In this document: positions 37,399-40,616 of the stretch, piece after piece
How positions within the stretch are numbered: the stretch's first letter is position 1
How the letters are laid out: the number at the start of each line of letters is the position of its first letter
From: Octopus sinensis
Taxonomy: Eukaryota
Assembly: GCF_006345805.1 (NCBI RefSeq)
Contig: NW_021835494.1
Coordinates: forward strand, 1 to 40,616
Length of the DNA stretch: 40,616 bases
Direction: 5' to 3'
Notes under the pieces: generated by a model
Database searches by the model: none
Told to the model about the DNA's origin: nothing
Seen by the model: the letters and a program-made list of their open reading frames with translations, nothing else
Made by a program: the position numbers and the translations under genes

Positions 37399-38046
37399 TT
37401 CATACATACATACATACATACACACATACATACATACATACATACATACATACACACATACATACATACATACATACATACATACATACATACAAACATA
37501 CACACATACATACACACATACACACTACATACATACATACACACATAATACTACATACATACATACAACATACATACATACACACATACACACACTACAT
37601 ACATACATACATACATACACACATACATACATACATACATACATACATACATACATACATAATACACGCATGCATACATACATCACACATACATACACAA
37701 TACATACATACTACATACATTACACACATACCATACATACAACATACATACATACATACATACAACACACATACATACATACATACATACATACACACAT
37801 ACATACATACATACATATATACATACACACTACATACATACATACATACATACATACACACATACACTACATACAACATACATACATACACAATACACAC
37901 ATACTACATACATACACAACATACATACATACATACATACATACATACATACATACATACATACATACATACACACATACATACATACATACATACATAC
38001 ATACATACATACATACATACATACATACATGCATGCATACATACAT
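37119..38046. repeat. (ATAC)n tetranucleotide array, about 930 bp
   Basis: Directly visible. Confidence 0.95.
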
Positions 38047-38220
38047 ATATAATTAAAAATACACATTGTGTACAGGACATCAAGGAGTGAAAAATACGTA
38101 AACATGCGAGAGGTAAATACCAGACAAAATACCAAAGACACAATGTGTATTTTTCATTTTATTTCTTTATAATCGAACGTTACGCAACCTTGATCACAGT
38201 AAATTCTTTTATACATATAT

Positions 38221-38376
38221 ACGACGGGCCTCATTCAGTTTCCGCCTACCAAATCCACTCACAAGGCTTTGATCGGCAAGGGGTTATAGTGAAAGGCACT
38301 TGCCTATTGTGCCATGCAATGGGACTGAACTCGGAATCATGTGGTTGGTAAGCAAGTTACTTACCACACAGCCACT
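38221..38376 (-). mobile_element. SINE family A, 5' half
   Basis: cagtttccgcctaccaaatccactcacaaggctttg...gggactgaac...cttaccacacagccact. Confidence 0.85.
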
Positions 38377-38383
38377 ACTTAAC

Positions 38384-38449
38384 ATTATTATTATTATTAT
38401 TATTGTTACTATTGTTACTATTGTTATTATTATTATTATTATTATTATA

Positions 38450-38485
<36 letters not shown>

Positions 38486-38542
38486 ATTATTATTAATATT
38501 ATTATTAATTATTATTATTAGTATATAACTATATTATTATTA

Positions 38543-38579
<37 letters not shown>

Positions 38580-38696
38580 TATTACTATTACTATTATTAT
38601 TATTATTATTATATATATTATTATTATTATTATTATATCATTATTATTATCATTATTATTATCATTATTATCATTATTATTATCATTATTATTATT
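38384..38696. repeat. (TTA)n microsatellite
   Basis: Directly visible. Confidence 0.95.
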
Positions 38697-39087
38697 CAGG
38701 TCACTGCCTGGAATTGAACTCGGAATTAAAGAATATCATTGCCAAAGTTTAAAAAAAAACAAACTACGATATCAAAACAATATCGAAATCAGTACACTTT
38801 TCAATAAATAGTTACGTTTTTAGGTTGATTAGCTCAATAGAACAGCATCATCAACAACAGCCGTTCAAGAATTTGACCTGGAGAACGCCATTTCCAGTGA
38901 GTTCGAGGGCCACCTACCAGTGTTTGTCGGGCGTCAACGAAGAGCCCTCGATTACAACAAGACTACCAAAGTTCTTTTTTAGTTTTCCAAGGTCTGAAGT
39001 CTCCAGCCCCAAAGCCCTAGACCATCACCTAATCACCCTTACACGCCTTGTTACTTAACAACAACAACAATAATAAACATCATCAGT

Positions 39088-39129
<42 letters not shown>

Positions 39130-39139
39130 ATAATATATA

Positions 39140-39192
<53 letters not shown>

Positions 39193-39676
39193 GTATATAG
39201 AGAGAGAGATAGAGAGATAGATAGATAGATACATACATACATAATACATACATACGTACAACATACATATATATATATATATGTGTGTGTATATACATAC
39301 ATATATATATATATATATGATTATATATATATATATAAAGTAAAAAGTAAAAGAGCCAAAAGGAAGAGCAAGTACGGTTAGGCAGCTTTTTAATCGCTAC
39401 AAATGTTTCGATACATACAGATCCTCGTATATACAGGATTTAAAGTTAAGTTTAAATTACATTATTTAACGATTTACCTGTATAAGAAGATCTATACGTA
39501 TCTCCTCCGTGCAAATCTTTTTATTTTTACATTTTTATTTTTATTTTCCCAAACGAGGAATAACTGAGACTAGAATTGGTAGCGTACCATAAGAATACTA
39601 CCGGCTATTTGGGAACTCTAAGGGTGAACGAGCTCTAGTTGTACTCTTATACGTTCTTAACAGAACACACCTCAAC

Positions 39677-39717
<41 letters not shown>

Positions 39718-39799
39718 ATTCACCAACAAACGAAGAATCTGGACATTATGATTAGCTGTTCGCCAAACAAGACCTTACATAACCAAGTGTGTTGATAAA

Positions 39800-40090
39800 T
39801 ATCAATTAAATTTGGCAGGAAGGAATCTTCCCAAGAAATTACAATCAATACCGTGGCATCACATCTCTAGTTGTTAGAGAAGATTACACCTCTTAAATCC
39901 CCTCAGGCAGCAGCGGTGCAGTCTTAGCACTGCATCGTCTATGCCACCAGAAAGCGCACATTTCTTTCACGCTAACCTTTTAATCCGCTCCTAACGATTT
40001 TATGCAGTCAGCAGTTTCGGTGTTAAAGTAGTGATAGAGTTCTATCTGCAGAGTAACTGACCTCGTGTCAGGCATTGATAGCTAGAATAG
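39800..40090 (+). mobile_element. Possible ancient RTE LINE remnant (N-terminal RT motifs)
   Basis: Fragmentary translations IWQEGIFP, QYRGIT, PES and DLVSGIDS occur in the order expected for IW..G.IP / NYRGI(S/T) / PESQ.GF / DL.KAFD. Weak and frameshifted. Confidence 0.35.
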
Positions 40091-40616
40091 GATTCCAACC
40101 AAAATCAATTGAGTAATTACGACCTCTTCCTTTACGCAAGATTTGGCCTCTTTACTGAGTTTAGACATTTCGACAATACTATTTAGTATATAGCAACTAA
40201 ATCGCATCAATATTTCACCGAATTCCGTGAGTGCCTTATAACTTGAAGCAAACATCCAACACAGTCGAGGTCTCTGCTACAAATTCAGTCTGTGATCAAG
40301 TTACTTCCTTTCCATTGTGTCCGCAAATGTTCTCCGGAATGAACACTATGGAAAAACAAAACGTAAAACAACAAATAAGCTATATACACTACTCAAAATA
40401 CACATGCTATTCACAAATGCGTGGCTCACATTTATATTCACTGCTCAAAATATTATACGCAGCTCCCAAGGATATAGACTACACAGAATTATATATGCTG
40501 CTCTCTAAGATATCAAAGTGTTTAGTGCCTTATCAAAAGCATTGAACAAAATTTATTTAACTGAATATAATGTCTGTAGTAGTACGGTTAGCTAACATTC
40601 GGTCGAATATACAAAG

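Overview
This is eukaryotic, AT-rich, non-genic DNA that is almost entirely repeats. The tRNA-headed SINE families and the very high microsatellite density point to a coleoid cephalopod, probably Octopus; this is inference from recalled repeat families, not a database match. I found no host protein-coding exon, no bona fide tRNA or rRNA gene and no CRISPR array. Nearly all long ORFs in the track are translations of di-, tri- or tetranucleotide repeats. Contents: (1) more than 25 copies or fragments of four tRNA-derived SINE families, labelled A-D here; (2) relics of three non-LTR clades, namely RTE (interrupted by two SINEs with clear TSDs), L1/Tx1-like and R4/Dong-like, the last two not evident from the ORF track; (3) a 5'-truncated Penelope-like element with an open 331-codon RT C-terminus/GIY-YIG frame; (4) about six hammerhead-ribozyme-like motifs of different sequence, of which one (minus strand, 29767-29819) is a complete type I hammerhead embedded in a perfect 49-bp inverted repeat; (5) several fold-back palindromes, tandem duplications and a SINE-derived chimeric minisatellite. 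The most interesting signal is the set of hammerhead-bearing Penelope-like termini, most of them next to (TA)n/(TATG)n tracts.
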